Virus record (IMG/VR): IMGVR_UViG_3300048006_000261
Length of the DNA stretch: 64,000 bases
Direction: 5' to 3' (one strand)
Origin: an uncultured virus (IMG/VR IMGVR_UViG_3300048006_000261)
Taxonomy: Duplodnaviria; Heunggongvirae; Uroviricota; Caudoviricetes
Positions within the stretch are counted from its first letter, which is position 1; the number at the start of each line of letters is the position of its first letter. Position numbers and translations under genes: made by a program. Shown piece after piece: positions 50,081 through 59,912 of this stretch. Under the pieces are notes generated by a model. That model was not told the origin of the DNA. It saw nothing but the letters and a program-made list of their open reading frames with translations, and did not search any database.

Positions 50081-50385
50081 TGGAAGAGTTATCAGAAAAG
50101 TCACAAGTAAAACTTGACATAAAAACATTAATAGGTATAATCGTAGGTATTGTATCTGTAGCTGGTATATGGTTTGATCTAACAGCAAAGATAAGCACTA
50201 TAGATAGTCAGCTTGTTAGATTAGAATATAACCAAACCTTAAATGATGAGTTTAGAATAAAATGGCCCAGAGGTGAAATGGGTGCTTTGCCAGATGATGC
50301 TAAGCAAGATTTAAGAATTGAATACCTGCAGAAAGATGTAGAAAAACTTATAGCAACAATTGAAGAACTAAAACAAAAAAAGTAA
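50080..50385 (+). CDS. Membrane-anchored coiled-coil protein
   Basis: One TM segment plus coiled coil; similar to the next gene. Confidence 0.6.
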   Translation: MEELSEKSQVKLDIKTLIGIIVGIVSVAGIWFDLTAKISTIDSQLVRLEYNQTLNDEFRIKWPRGEMGALPDDAKQDLRIEYLQKDVEKLIATIEELKQKK

Positions 50386-50705
50386 TGGCAAAGAATTTAG
50401 ATGAAAATTATAAAATAGGTTTAGACATCGATGGTGATGGTAAACCAGATTTTGGTTTATCAATAAAAACAATAGGAGCGTTAGTGTTTGGTATAGTATC
50501 ACTAGCTGGTGTTTGGTTTAGCTTAAAGGCAGATATAGCTTTAGCTATGGAAATGCCTGAGCCTACTATATCTAAAACAGAGTGGGAGTTGAAAGACGAG
50601 TTAATACGTAACACTATCATGGACACTCAAGATGACGTAGAAATGATATTAGAAAAACTAGATAAGCTAGACGAAAGAATATACGAAATACAAAAAAATA
50701 GATAA
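50385..50705 (+). CDS. Membrane-anchored coiled-coil protein
   Basis: IKTIGALVFGIVSLAGVWFSL resembles the previous gene. Confidence 0.6.
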   Translation: MAKNLDENYKIGLDIDGDGKPDFGLSIKTIGALVFGIVSLAGVWFSLKADIALAMEMPEPTISKTEWELKDELIRNTIMDTQDDVEMILEKLDKLDERIYEIQKNR

Positions 50706-51115
50706 TGAAATATTTAATTTTAATTTTAATACCATTTTTATCTTTTTCACAATCAGATGTTCCTGATAAATACTGGTTAACTGATGATAATTTTGAAGAT
50801 GTAGTTTCTGGTAATTCTGCTTTTGGAGATGATGATGATCAAACTATTCTTATAGAGTTTTGGGCAGATTTTAATAAAGAAAATTGCTTTAATGAATGGG
50901 AACAAGTAAAAGATGCTTTATATTATAGAGTAGATATATCTAAAGCCGCTAAAGCTAAAAAAGAATATAGAATACGTATGGCGCCAACTTTGCTAATATT
51001 TAAGGGTGGTGAAAAACAAGCAACGTTTAAAGCTGGACTAGACTTGTTGCTACCAACAGATCTAAATGAAATACAAGAAACAATAAACGAGATTAACACA
51101 GCAAGTAAATTTTAA
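50705..51115 (+). CDS. Secreted thioredoxin-fold protein lacking CxxC
   Basis: LTDDNFE, LIEFWADF, APTLLIFKGG; signal peptide. Confidence 0.7.
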   Translation: MKYLILILIPFLSFSQSDVPDKYWLTDDNFEDVVSGNSAFGDDDDQTILIEFWADFNKENCFNEWEQVKDALYYRVDISKAAKAKKEYRIRMAPTLLIFKGGEKQATFKAGLDLLLPTDLNEIQETINEINTASKF

Positions 51116-51582
51116 TGAAAAACATAAGTAAACATGTAACCTATAAAGAAGGTACTTATAGTAACACAGCTAATAGACTTGGTTTAGCAAATGATCCTAC
51201 AGAAGAGCAATTAGAAAATATGAAGCTAGTTGCAGAAAAAGTGTTTGAACCTCTTAGAGAGCACGTATCGCATCCTATAAAGATTAATTCGTTCTTTCGT
51301 GGACCTCAACTTAACAAAGCTATTGGCGGAAGTCACTCGTCACAGCATTGTAAAGGCCAAGCTATAGATATTGACGATAGCTATGGTAACTCTACTAATG
51401 CTTATATGTATGAGTGGATAAAGAAAAACCTAGATTACGATCAAATGATATGGGAGTTTGGCACTGATGAAAACCCAGACTGGGTACATGTTAGCTTTGT
51501 AAACGAAGGAGTGAATAGAAATAGATGCTTGAAAGCTTATAGAAAAGAGGGATCAAGAAAAACTTATTATAAAATTATATAA
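51115..51582 (+). CDS. Endolysin, peptidase M15A
   Basis: INSFFR...LNKAIGG..SSQHCKGQAID...WVHVS. Confidence 0.9.
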   Translation: MKNISKHVTYKEGTYSNTANRLGLANDPTEEQLENMKLVAEKVFEPLREHVSHPIKINSFFRGPQLNKAIGGSHSSQHCKGQAIDIDDSYGNSTNAYMYEWIKKNLDYDQMIWEFGTDENPDWVHVSFVNEGVNRNRCLKAYRKEGSRKTYYKII

Positions 51583-51583
51583 A

Positions 51584-52009
51584 ATGACAAACAGAAACAA
51601 AAGAATTTTTATTAGATGCGTAGGACTAGGATTTTTTTTAACACTACTATTTGGTTGTGGTACTTACAATAACCAACCTAAAATACAAGTAACACATGTA
51701 CTAGCTGTTACTGAACAAGGTGATACATTGAGATTACCTATAAGTATGATTAAACCTAATGTATACTATAACGTAATATCATATCCTAATAGATATTATG
51801 GTAATTGGTACAATGGTTATTACCGACCTAGTTATAACAACTACAGACCTATATACGCTCCTAGCAGTGGTTCAGGTTCTAGTAACAATAATAATAATAA
51901 TAATAACAATAACAACAACAATAATAACAATAAGCCTGATCCTAGACCAACGCCAGACATTATAGTAAGACCAAGTGGTGATGTTCTAAAAAAGAAAGGT
52001 GGTAATTAA
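51584..52009 (+). CDS. Lipoprotein with poly-Asn tract, possibly spanin-like
   Basis: LLFGC lipobox; AAT/AAC microsatellite. Confidence 0.55.
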   Translation: MTNRNKRIFIRCVGLGFFLTLLFGCGTYNNQPKIQVTHVLAVTEQGDTLRLPISMIKPNVYYNVISYPNRYYGNWYNGYYRPSYNNYRPIYAPSSGSGSSNNNNNNNNNNNNNNNNKPDPRPTPDIIVRPSGDVLKKKGGN

Positions 52010-52015
52010 TTAATT

Positions 52016-52336
52016 ATGGAAAGTGTATACAAAGGAAAAGGATGTGGACCACAAGCATTAGGTTCACCTAATAAAATGATTAGTAAGATAGCTAAAGTTG
52101 CTAGTAAAGCTAAAGAAATAGATCAAGCTTATAGAAAAGAAGCTGCGGATGCTAAAAAAGATCCTGACTATTTAAAGTTTATGATTGATAATGAAGCTCC
52201 AGACTCTTCTAATAAAAAGAAAGCTAACTGCTGGAAAGGCTATAAAGCTGTAGGTAAAAAGAAATCACCTAGCGGTAAGAAAACTAAGGGTGGTAAAGTT
52301 AAAATGGTTAACAACTGTGTTAAGATAAAGAAGTAA
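52016..52336 (+). CDS. Basic hypothetical protein
   Basis: CWKGYKAVGKK...VNNCV motif. Confidence 0.6.
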   Translation: MESVYKGKGCGPQALGSPNKMISKIAKVASKAKEIDQAYRKEAADAKKDPDYLKFMIDNEAPDSSNKKKANCWKGYKAVGKKKSPSGKKTKGGKVKMVNNCVKIKK

Positions 52337-52620
52337 TGTTTAACTTACCAGAATCAACCTTTTTAAAGAAAGGTAAAATAAGAAAAACTACTAAAGGCAA
52401 AGGCCGTAACTTCAGAACAAAAGAAGAAGGTGCGGGTATGACATCTAAAGGTGTCAAAGAATATAGAAAGAAAAACCCAGGCAGTAAACTAAAAACGGCT
52501 GTAACAGGTAAAGTAAAACCTGGTAGTAAAGCCGCTAAGCGTAGAAAATCTTTTTGTGCAAGATCAAAAGGTTGGACAGGTGAAAGAGGTAAAGCTGCTA
52601 GACGTAGATGGAAGTGTTAA
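52336..52620 (+). CDS. Basic phage protein
   Basis: RRKSFCARS...ARRRWKC motif. Confidence 0.65.
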   Translation: MFNLPESTFLKKGKIRKTTKGKGRNFRTKEEGAGMTSKGVKEYRKKNPGSKLKTAVTGKVKPGSKAAKRRKSFCARSKGWTGERGKAARRRWKC

Positions 52621-52724
52621 TATGAAGTTTTTTGATTTAAATAACAATGGTAAATATGATTGGTGGGAATATATAATACCTATTATATTGCTACTATGTG
52701 TTGAAGTTGTAGCTGAAGTTATAG

Positions 52725-53510
52725 CTAAATTTTTGATATTTTAGAATACTTAGGAGCGCTTCTAATTAGCTTCTCATCTGTCATCCAACCATCATATTTT
52801 AACAACTTAGTATCTAAGTCGCTTAACAAATGCCAATTAATATCTCCTCTTCTTTTTAAGAAAGAAACATACTCTTGTTCTAGATTTTTATCATGAGCAG
52901 ATTTTTGCATTGCATAACAAGGTAAATGCCAACTATGAGGATCAGCCGCACTTAATCTCCCTGCCTTATCAGATAATCCAGGTACACTTACTGTTTTAGC
53001 AAAGAAATCAAAACCTATAAGATCAATACTTTTATAGGTTTTTACTTTTTGTAGAAACCATAACAATGTTATAAATCCAGCGCTAGGTCTTAAATCGTTA
53101 GACAGCATATCTTTACCGAACATACTCATTATATCTATAATTTCTTCATCTGTATACATCATTGTGTATAGCATACCTTGTGGTAGTCTTTTTTCTATTT
53201 CCCAATTTTTAAGCTGCAAATTACCTCTACATCTGTTAACTAGTATTTTAGATTTTTTAAATTTACCTTTTTCAAAACGGTTTTTATTCTTATACCACTC
53301 AGGAGCTCTAAATTGACCAGTAACCCATATATCACATTTCTCGCCTATAGACTTTTCTTGTTCTGGTGTTGCAGATATAGCTCTACCAAAGCGAACAATA
53401 ATATCGTAGGAATCTATAGTCTTACCAAGCTTATGCTTCATAATTTCTACAGAGTTACCTACGAATACTATTCTTTTGTTTTTTACAAACTGTTGTATAT
53501 CTTCCACCAC
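52725..53510 (-). CDS. GT29 (sialyltransferase)-like glycosyltransferase
   Basis: VGNS...IDSYDIIVRF, RPSAGF, LIGFDFF and H....EQE resemble sialylmotifs. Confidence 0.7.
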   Translation of the reverse strand: MVEDIQQFVKNKRIVFVGNSVEIMKHKLGKTIDSYDIIVRFGRAISATPEQEKSIGEKCDIWVTGQFRAPEWYKNKNRFEKGKFKKSKILVNRCRGNLQLKNWEIEKRLPQGMLYTMMYTDEEIIDIMSMFGKDMLSNDLRPSAGFITLLWFLQKVKTYKSIDLIGFDFFAKTVSVPGLSDKAGRLSAADPHSWHLPCYAMQKSAHDKNLEQEYVSFLKRRGDINWHLLSDLDTKLLKYDGWMTDEKLIRSAPKYSKISKI

Positions 53511-54160
53511 TCTTCAGATAATTCAGAATCTTTATACTCATCAAACCAAGGTCCACCTTCTGTGTAATGAATAGCTCTTGCGTTTGTCTTAGTTATTTCA
53601 TCAATACCAACTAACATATTATATCTTTTAGGTATTTCACCTATATCATTTTCATTTAAAAATTTAAACTCATGTAGTTGAGAAGCCGTTGCATTGTCTA
53701 GATATTTTTTAGATAATTTTCTATTTAACCTATTACAGTTAAATAACATCAACGAGCTCCAGTTTTTCTTTGGATAAGACTTGTTGTTAACTCCATTCAT
53801 TTTGTTAGACTTAACTTCATAGTCATCATGTTTAACTACTGATATTGGTTTATCACCTAGGTATATACTAACTTCTCTAGGATCTACTCTCCACAAGAAA
53901 TCGTTATCACAAAACAAAGCATAACCCTTGTAGTTCATTAACATTGGCACATAAAATCTAGTAAAAGAAAACTCAGTAGATTCTCCTTCTATATCTTCCC
54001 TGCCATAAACTCCTATTTCTTTTAATTTAGATTTATCTAAATAAGTTATATTAGCTTCTGGCCAATATTTTAATATTGAAGCTTTACAAACTTTTGTTGC
54101 TTCAGGGTATCTTGAGTCATGCCCTATAAAAATTTTAATACTTCCTGGTTTTTTATTCAT
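53483..54160 (-). CDS. GT-A (GT8-like) glycosyltransferase
   Basis: STEFSFTRF, FCDND (DxD), NWSSLMLFN, HYTEGGPW. Confidence 0.8.
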   Translation of the reverse strand: MNKKPGSIKIFIGHDSRYPEATKVCKASILKYWPEANITYLDKSKLKEIGVYGREDIEGESTEFSFTRFYVPMLMNYKGYALFCDNDFLWRVDPREVSIYLGDKPISVVKHDDYEVKSNKMNGVNNKSYPKKNWSSLMLFNCNRLNRKLSKKYLDNATASQLHEFKFLNENDIGEIPKRYNMLVGIDEITKTNARAIHYTEGGPWFDEYKDSELSEEWWKIYNSL

Positions 54161-54506
54161 TATTTACTTTTTTACCTGATGTTTTTCTTATTATATCATC
54201 GTGATTAAACTCTGCCCAATATAATTCAAATGCAACTCCAGATTCTTTACCTTCAAACTGATGATACTTACCTGGTTTAACCATTGTAAAATCACCTGCT
54301 TTTAATATGGTTTCGTCAACAAGACCTTGATCGTCTTGCCATACTCTTATTATCATCTCTCCAGACTCTACAAAAAAACCGTTCCATTTAAATTTATGTT
54401 CGTGCTCTGAGCACTTGTATCCTTTATTAAATTCTATTCGGTGAAACTCTAATACACCGTTCTTGTGTATCATCTCTGTTGCACCCCATATCTTTCCTGC
54501 TTTCAT
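54153..54506 (-). CDS. Cupin, sugar isomerase-like
   Basis: CSEHEHKFKWNGFFVESG...PGKYHQF. Confidence 0.75.
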   Translation of the reverse strand: MKAGKIWGATEMIHKNGVLEFHRIEFNKGYKCSEHEHKFKWNGFFVESGEMIIRVWQDDQGLVDETILKAGDFTMVKPGKYHQFEGKESGVAFELYWAEFNHDDIIRKTSGKKVNNE

Positions 54507-55321
54507 TTCTTTTGATTATGTTTAAAGTAAGGCTTTCTCCAGTTTTGTGAATTTATTGGGAACCTTCTATTTATTATTACTTGTTTTTTTGGTTTTTCTA
54601 ACACATCGTGTAGATCAATCCATTCGTGCCTCTTGTTATCAGCTCTGTTTGTTATCTTAAACTTTTCTAAACTTTGATTATCTTTATTAGTAAAGTGAAC
54701 ACTACATAATATTCTAGGTCCTATAGTTTCTACCTTGTGAAACTGATATTGAGGTATGTAAAGCATATCACCCTCGTCTAATATAAACTCTTCTAATATT
54801 TCTTTAGGCTTGTTAGGTACAAACTCTTTATATATCGTCCATTTAACTTTACCGCTTTGGTGAAACAAAAAATTATCAGTAGCATCACCGTGAGCAGGAA
54901 AGCTTTTAGATCCAGCTTTGGGTGAAACATATACATTAACTTGACCTTTTTTAAAGTACCTTTCAAACTCAAAAACAACATCTAACAATTGTTTACTTTC
55001 GTATTCAGCAAATGGTATTACAAATGATTTACCTTTTTTCCAAAAATTATGTATACCTGCTTTGGTAAACATAGGTTGATTTGATTTTTTTCTTTTAACT
55101 TTATCAAAACACCATCTTTCATCTTTATCGTTATAATCAAGAACCTGAAGATGAGGTACGTTAGGGTATCTGTTTATGTACTTAGTTAAATGACCCCAGT
55201 GAAACAAATCTTTAAATTTATTTCTTCTAATAACTAAATGTTTTTTACCCCAGTACTCTTTAAAAAATAAGTCTATTGGTATTGGATCTAGTATTTCTTT
55301 TAATGTTATTTCTTTTTTCAT
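54503..55321 (-). CDS. JmjC 2OG-Fe(II) oxygenase (YcfD/RoxA-like)
   Basis: FFKEYWGKK, AHGD (HxD), GDMLYIP...H. Confidence 0.8.
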   Translation of the reverse strand: MKKEITLKEILDPIPIDLFFKEYWGKKHLVIRRNKFKDLFHWGHLTKYINRYPNVPHLQVLDYNDKDERWCFDKVKRKKSNQPMFTKAGIHNFWKKGKSFVIPFAEYESKQLLDVVFEFERYFKKGQVNVYVSPKAGSKSFPAHGDATDNFLFHQSGKVKWTIYKEFVPNKPKEILEEFILDEGDMLYIPQYQFHKVETIGPRILCSVHFTNKDNQSLEKFKITNRADNKRHEWIDLHDVLEKPKKQVIINRRFPINSQNWRKPYFKHNQKK

Positions 55322-55324
55322 ATT

Positions 55325-57046
55325 TTATCCGTCGCAGCTTAAACAGTTAGGGTCTATCGCTTGTTTAGCTATATCACCTCTAAGAACTGATTCAGTTCTC
55401 ATGTAATATAAAGTTTTAATTCCTTTTTTCCATGCATCTAAATGAACCTTATTTATAAATTTAGGTTCTGCTTCTGATGGAAAAGCTAAGTTCAAACTAA
55501 CAGATTGATCTATGTATTGTTGTCTTATTCCTGCTTGATTAATTAGTTCAAGTTGATTTATTTCTTTGAAAGTTTTGAAGACTTCTTTGAGTGGTATATC
55601 GTGATCGCCCAATGTAATTTTCTCTAATGCTTTTACGCCCTGCACCGAGCCCCCGTCCTTTAATATTTGGTCCCATATTTTTTTATTGTTTAAATTGTTT
55701 TCTTCTAATACTTTTTCAAGAGTTGGATTTTTACGTATGAAAGTGCCTTTCGCAGACTGGTCTGTAAAAACATTAGCAGCCCAAGGCTCAATTCCAGGAC
55801 TAATATTCCCAGATAACTTACTGTTACTAACAGTAGGAGCAATAGCTCTAAGATGAGTGTTCCTAAATCCTGTGCCAACGCACCATAGTGGTTCGTTAAA
55901 CGCTTCAGCCAAAGCCATACTAGCTCTTTCCGATTCAATTTTAATTTGACTAAAAATTCTTCTTGTTTCATATTGTGATAATAAACCTTCAAAAGGTAAT
56001 CCTTTTTGTTGTAAGTAAGTATGCCATCCAACTACGCCTAAACCAAGTGCTCTACCTTTTTCAGCAGATCTTACTGAGTTTTCAAACCCTCTTCTATTTT
56101 TTGCTTTCTGTATAAACTCTTCTAATACACCATCTAAAAACCATATACTATCGTATATTAAATTACTGTTTTTCCACTCATGATATTTAGCTAGATTTAA
56201 ACTAGATAAACAACAAATAAAACTATGGTTTTCATCTGTATGTAATGTAATTTCACTACATATATTAGTCATATGTACTTTTAAAGCATTATCTTTATAA
56301 GCAGAAGGATTATTCTTATTAACGTTACCTTTAAACATTATATAAGGCTCTCCTGTAGCTTTACGCTTCTGTAATAGTTTACCCCATTTACGTCTAGAAA
56401 CTTTATCTCCATCTCTAAGCTTTCTCATAAACTTATCACCAACTACAGCACATTGGTGTAGGTTAAGTGATTGTCTATTTACATCTCCTTTAGGTTCTCT
56501 TATTTCTAACCAGTCTTCAAAATCAGCATGTTCAATATTTATATTAACAGAGGCAGCACCTCTTCTAACTGACCCTTGGTTTGTAGCTAGTATTGTAGAG
56601 TCATATATCTTACAAAAAGGCACAACACCATCTGATGTACCATTGCCTGTTATATTAGCACCTGCAGGTCTAATTTGATTTATACCTATACCAACACCTC
56701 CACCGTGCTTGGCTAGTAACATCATTTCTAAATTCTTTTGGCCTATATCGATTATGCTATCTGCAACATCAATACCAAAACAACTTATTGGAAAACCTTT
56801 ATCAGTACCAGTGTTACTAAGCACAGGGCTAGCAAGACAAAGCCAACCTTTCCAGATGTAATCAAAAAAGATGTCCTCCATTTCTTTTTTCTGTAATCTA
56901 TTCGCAACTGTTTTAGCAACTCTTCTGTACGCTTGTCTTGGTGTTTCATCTTCTAATAAATATCCTCCTTGTATTGTTTTTTTATATACGTCGGACTCTG
57001 CCCAACTTGGGTAATCTATACCCTTTTTCCATCTATTGCTCCACAT
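55325..57046 (-). CDS. nrdA: Ribonucleotide reductase class I alpha subunit
   Basis: ISCF, TNICSEI, AIAPT, KTLYY, C-terminal CLSCDG; no ATP cone. Confidence 0.95.
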   Translation of the reverse strand: MWSNRWKKGIDYPSWAESDVYKKTIQGGYLLEDETPRQAYRRVAKTVANRLQKKEMEDIFFDYIWKGWLCLASPVLSNTGTDKGFPISCFGIDVADSIIDIGQKNLEMMLLAKHGGGVGIGINQIRPAGANITGNGTSDGVVPFCKIYDSTILATNQGSVRRGAASVNINIEHADFEDWLEIREPKGDVNRQSLNLHQCAVVGDKFMRKLRDGDKVSRRKWGKLLQKRKATGEPYIMFKGNVNKNNPSAYKDNALKVHMTNICSEITLHTDENHSFICCLSSLNLAKYHEWKNSNLIYDSIWFLDGVLEEFIQKAKNRRGFENSVRSAEKGRALGLGVVGWHTYLQQKGLPFEGLLSQYETRRIFSQIKIESERASMALAEAFNEPLWCVGTGFRNTHLRAIAPTVSNSKLSGNISPGIEPWAANVFTDQSAKGTFIRKNPTLEKVLEENNLNNKKIWDQILKDGGSVQGVKALEKITLGDHDIPLKEVFKTFKEINQLELINQAGIRQQYIDQSVSLNLAFPSEAEPKFINKVHLDAWKKGIKTLYYMRTESVLRGDIAKQAIDPNCLSCDG

Positions 57047-57047
57047 A

Positions 57048-57299
57048 TTATGTTATTAAGTGTTTTATCCAAGCAAATAAACCATTAAGGTTTAATGCTA
57101 CTAAATTCCATTGTTTTCTTGATCCTGTCTGTACCATAACACAAATAAAACCTATTATATATAACCAAGGTTCTAATGTCCATTGTGCGGCTACTAGAAA
57201 ACCGGCACCCATATATCCAATACGGGTTGCCATCCTTTCTAATACTGTTAATTGTCTTTTTCTTTCGACAAGAAACTTTTTAAATTTATAACTTACCAT
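57048..57299 (-). CDS. Small membrane protein between nrdB and nrdA
   Basis: 83 aa, hydrophobic. Confidence 0.6.
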   Translation of the reverse strand: MVSYKFKKFLVERKRQLTVLERMATRIGYMGAGFLVAAQWTLEPWLYIIGFICVMVQTGSRKQWNLVALNLNGLFAWIKHLIT

Positions 57300-58261
57300 A
57301 CATCTTCAAAATCTTCTCCTTCATTCGCCTTACTATAGTCAGTCGACCTAATCGCGAAAAAATCAGTGTGGGTATGACCCCCAGTAAGATGATAGAACCA
57401 ATCCAAATTACCCGCTGCTTTTTCGTCATATGAGAAGTACGATCCGAGATCCACGTAACCAAGTTCTTGTAATTTTTCATTAGTTCTTTTTCTTATAAAT
57501 TGTTTTAGGTCATAAGACTTTATACCATCTATATCACCCATTTCAAACATCTTTTCTATATACTTTTCTTCTAATTCAACCATTATCTTAGCTGCATCTA
57601 CAATATCTTCTCTACAGTCTTCTAATAAATCTTTATCTTCTTCGCACATGTGTCTAAACAATTGACAACCCATACGGCTGTGTAAAGATTCATCTCTAAC
57701 TGACCATTTCATTTGTTGGCCAATACCTTTAAGTAAATTACGTAGCTGAAAGCTATACAAAACGGCAAAAGCAGAGTATAAAGAAACTCCTTCTGCGAAA
57801 GCAGAGAAAACAGCCAGTGACTTTGCGATACCTCTTTTATCGTCGCCATCATATGCAACGAGGTTATCAAAACGCTCAGCCGTAGCTGGTTCATGAAGAA
57901 ACGCTTCATAATCTTCTAGTTTTAATGTTTCGTTTAAATAACTATATGCTACAGCATGTACAGTTTCCTGTGAGCCAAACATCATAGCCATTTGTTGTAT
58001 CTCGTGCTTTGGAAACCACGATACTACTTTCTGAGTCCAGTAATCACTTACTGCACATTCAGTCTGAGCAAAACCTAGTAAGATGTTTCCTACTAGGTGT
58101 TTCTCTTTTGCTGTTAAAGACTCGTTCCAGTCCTTAACATCTCCACTCATAGGTATTTCAGTATGTAACCAAAATGCTTGAGCTTGTTTTAACCAACCTT
58201 CAGTATAGTACTCAGGGTAGTCAAATGGTTTATATGCAATACGTTTGTCGAATAATCCCAT
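57293..58261 (-). CDS. nrdB: Ribonucleotide reductase class I beta subunit
   Basis: QETVHAVAY, EGVSLYSAF, RDESLH. Confidence 0.95.
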   Translation of the reverse strand: MGLFDKRIAYKPFDYPEYYTEGWLKQAQAFWLHTEIPMSGDVKDWNESLTAKEKHLVGNILLGFAQTECAVSDYWTQKVVSWFPKHEIQQMAMMFGSQETVHAVAYSYLNETLKLEDYEAFLHEPATAERFDNLVAYDGDDKRGIAKSLAVFSAFAEGVSLYSAFAVLYSFQLRNLLKGIGQQMKWSVRDESLHSRMGCQLFRHMCEEDKDLLEDCREDIVDAAKIMVELEEKYIEKMFEMGDIDGIKSYDLKQFIRKRTNEKLQELGYVDLGSYFSYDEKAAGNLDWFYHLTGGHTHTDFFAIRSTDYSKANEGEDFEDVW

Positions 58262-58262
58262 G

Positions 58263-58403
58263 TTAATAATATAAAGTTAAACAAATATCAAATACGCCCA
58301 CGTAAATTACGTGATCTATCTTATTACCATCTGGGTACTGTCTGTATCCAAATAATATTCCATTAAATAAGCCAAAGCTTAATTCCCAATTACTTTCTTC
58401 CAT
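58263..58403 (-). CDS. Small hypothetical protein (46 aa, not in ORF track)
   Basis: MEESNWELSFGLFNGILFGY...LTLYY*, fills the gap exactly. Confidence 0.55.
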   Translation of the reverse strand: MEESNWELSFGLFNGILFGYRQYPDGNKIDHVIYVGVFDICLTLYY

Positions 58404-58848
58404 CTATTTTTTTTATTAGTTCTACGGTCATATCACATTCTTTTTGGTTTTGAGGTTTATACAAAGTAAAAGGTCCTACTCTATCATTTGCTATCAGCCT
58501 TTTAAATAATTTCCATCTCATTGGAAAAGACTCATTAGCTCTACCCTTTGTTTCAATTATAAAACCTTTACCTATAAAATCAGGTGTGTATTTTATATTT
58601 AAAATCTTTTTATTACCTCTATTTTTATATTCACCTTTACCATTGCCGCATCTTTCGTATGCTTCAAAAGGGAAATCAAAACCCTCTACTAGTTCAAATG
58701 TTTGTCCTTCGTAAAGAGCTTTAATGTTCGCTTTTTTTAAAGCCATGTACATATAACGTTCTAGTCCTGACGCAAAAGTAATACCGTCGTAAGTTATTTT
58801 CTTTGACTGTACAGGACCTTTTTTTCTTTTATAAAACTTCTTTTTCAT
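58390..58848 (-). CDS. T7 endonuclease I-like PD-(D/E)XK nuclease/resolvase
   Basis: FASGLE, YTPDF, IIETKG. Confidence 0.8.
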   Translation of the reverse strand: MKKKFYKRKKGPVQSKKITYDGITFASGLERYMYMALKKANIKALYEGQTFELVEGFDFPFEAYERCGNGKGEYKNRGNKKILNIKYTPDFIGKGFIIETKGRANESFPMRWKLFKRLIANDRVGPFTLYKPQNQKECDMTVELIKKIDGRK

Positions 58849-59116
58849 TGACGTCTATATTAGTTACATCTGCTGTGAATCTTTTATAGGCTACTTCTTC
58901 TATTTCATCGTTTAAACATCTTCTAGCTGCTTGTATGTACAGTATTGCATCCATTAATTCTTCTTGTACATCAATAAGAAATCTATTAAGATCTTTTTCT
59001 TCACCCTCAATCTCTTGCATCATTGTAGCGCCATATTTCTTTTGGCCTATTAAACTACGTTCGTCCATCTTTTTTAAGACTTGTTGAACTATTTTATCTT
59101 CTGTTTTAATCCTCAT
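58829..59116 (-). CDS. All-alpha NTP-pyrophosphatase-like small protein
   Basis: GQKKYG...QEELMDAILY. Confidence 0.5.
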   Translation of the reverse strand: MRIKTEDKIVQQVLKKMDERSLIGQKKYGATMMQEIEGEEKDLNRFLIDVQEELMDAILYIQAARRCLNDEIEEVAYKRFTADVTNIDVNEKEVL

Positions 59117-59912
59117 CTTTCACAAATGTTCCGTTAATCATCTTGCCTGTTCTCTTGTTTATCACGTCGTATGCTGTTGCTATACACCTTTCAATTTTAA
59201 CACCTTCTAAATGTGCTAGATTTGTGAGTACAACAACCATATCACCAATAGCATCTATAACTTCTGGCTTATCCTTCTTTAATAAAGCCTTTGCAAGTTC
59301 TCCAGCTTCTTCTTGTAGTTTAACATATTGTGTGTGTGAATTACCCTGTTGATATAATCCTCTTATTAATGCCCATTTTCTAATTTTATCAAATATACTT
59401 GATTTGCTAGTGGCTGATTCATTGTGTAACATTTCATGAACAACAGCGTGTTCATATTCAATAGGGTTTTTTTGAAAGTTTGACATAGCTTTATTATATA
59501 CGTAGCTTCTGTCATTGTTAAACATAGAGGTTTTAACGTTTTGCATGATCCAATTAATTAGATCTAATGTTAGTTTAAAATCCCCGTGTTCTGTTTCCCA
59601 TGCCATACCAATGTTATCCATTAGTTGTCCTTTAAGTTTATTGACTGGACAAGGAAAAGTCGTGGTTTGTTCGGTCACGTTTATCTTCATATTTTTATTT
59701 GGTTTAAGGTTTCTATAAGGTACTAGATCTACTCTGTACCCATACTCTTTTTGTCTCTCAAGCTCTAAACAAGATATATAATCTATATCCTCTGAGCTTT
59801 CTAATATTTCATACTCATCAGGTGAATATCCTTGTTGAACTGTGACCCGGTTATTAAGATCACAGGTAACGCCAATTTTTTTACCTGGTATATGATATAA
59901 ATAATATGTCAT
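59106..59912 (-). CDS. MazG-like NTP pyrophosphohydrolase with GIY-YIG-like N-terminus
   Basis: KLQEEAGEL...DAIGD; N-terminal YYLYHIPGKKIGVT. Confidence 0.75.
   Translation of the reverse strand: MTYYLYHIPGKKIGVTCDLNNRVTVQQGYSPDEYEILESSEDIDYISCLELERQKEYGYRVDLVPYRNLKPNKNMKINVTEQTTTFPCPVNKLKGQLMDNIGMAWETEHGDFKLTLDLINWIMQNVKTSMFNNDRSYVYNKAMSNFQKNPIEYEHAVVHEMLHNESATSKSSIFDKIRKWALIRGLYQQGNSHTQYVKLQEEAGELAKALLKKDKPEVIDAIGDMVVVLTNLAHLEGVKIERCIATAYDVINKRTGKMINGTFVKDED

Noticed and set aside
55325..58261. Intron or intein in nrdA/nrdB
   Set aside because: Both ORFs are continuous and compact.
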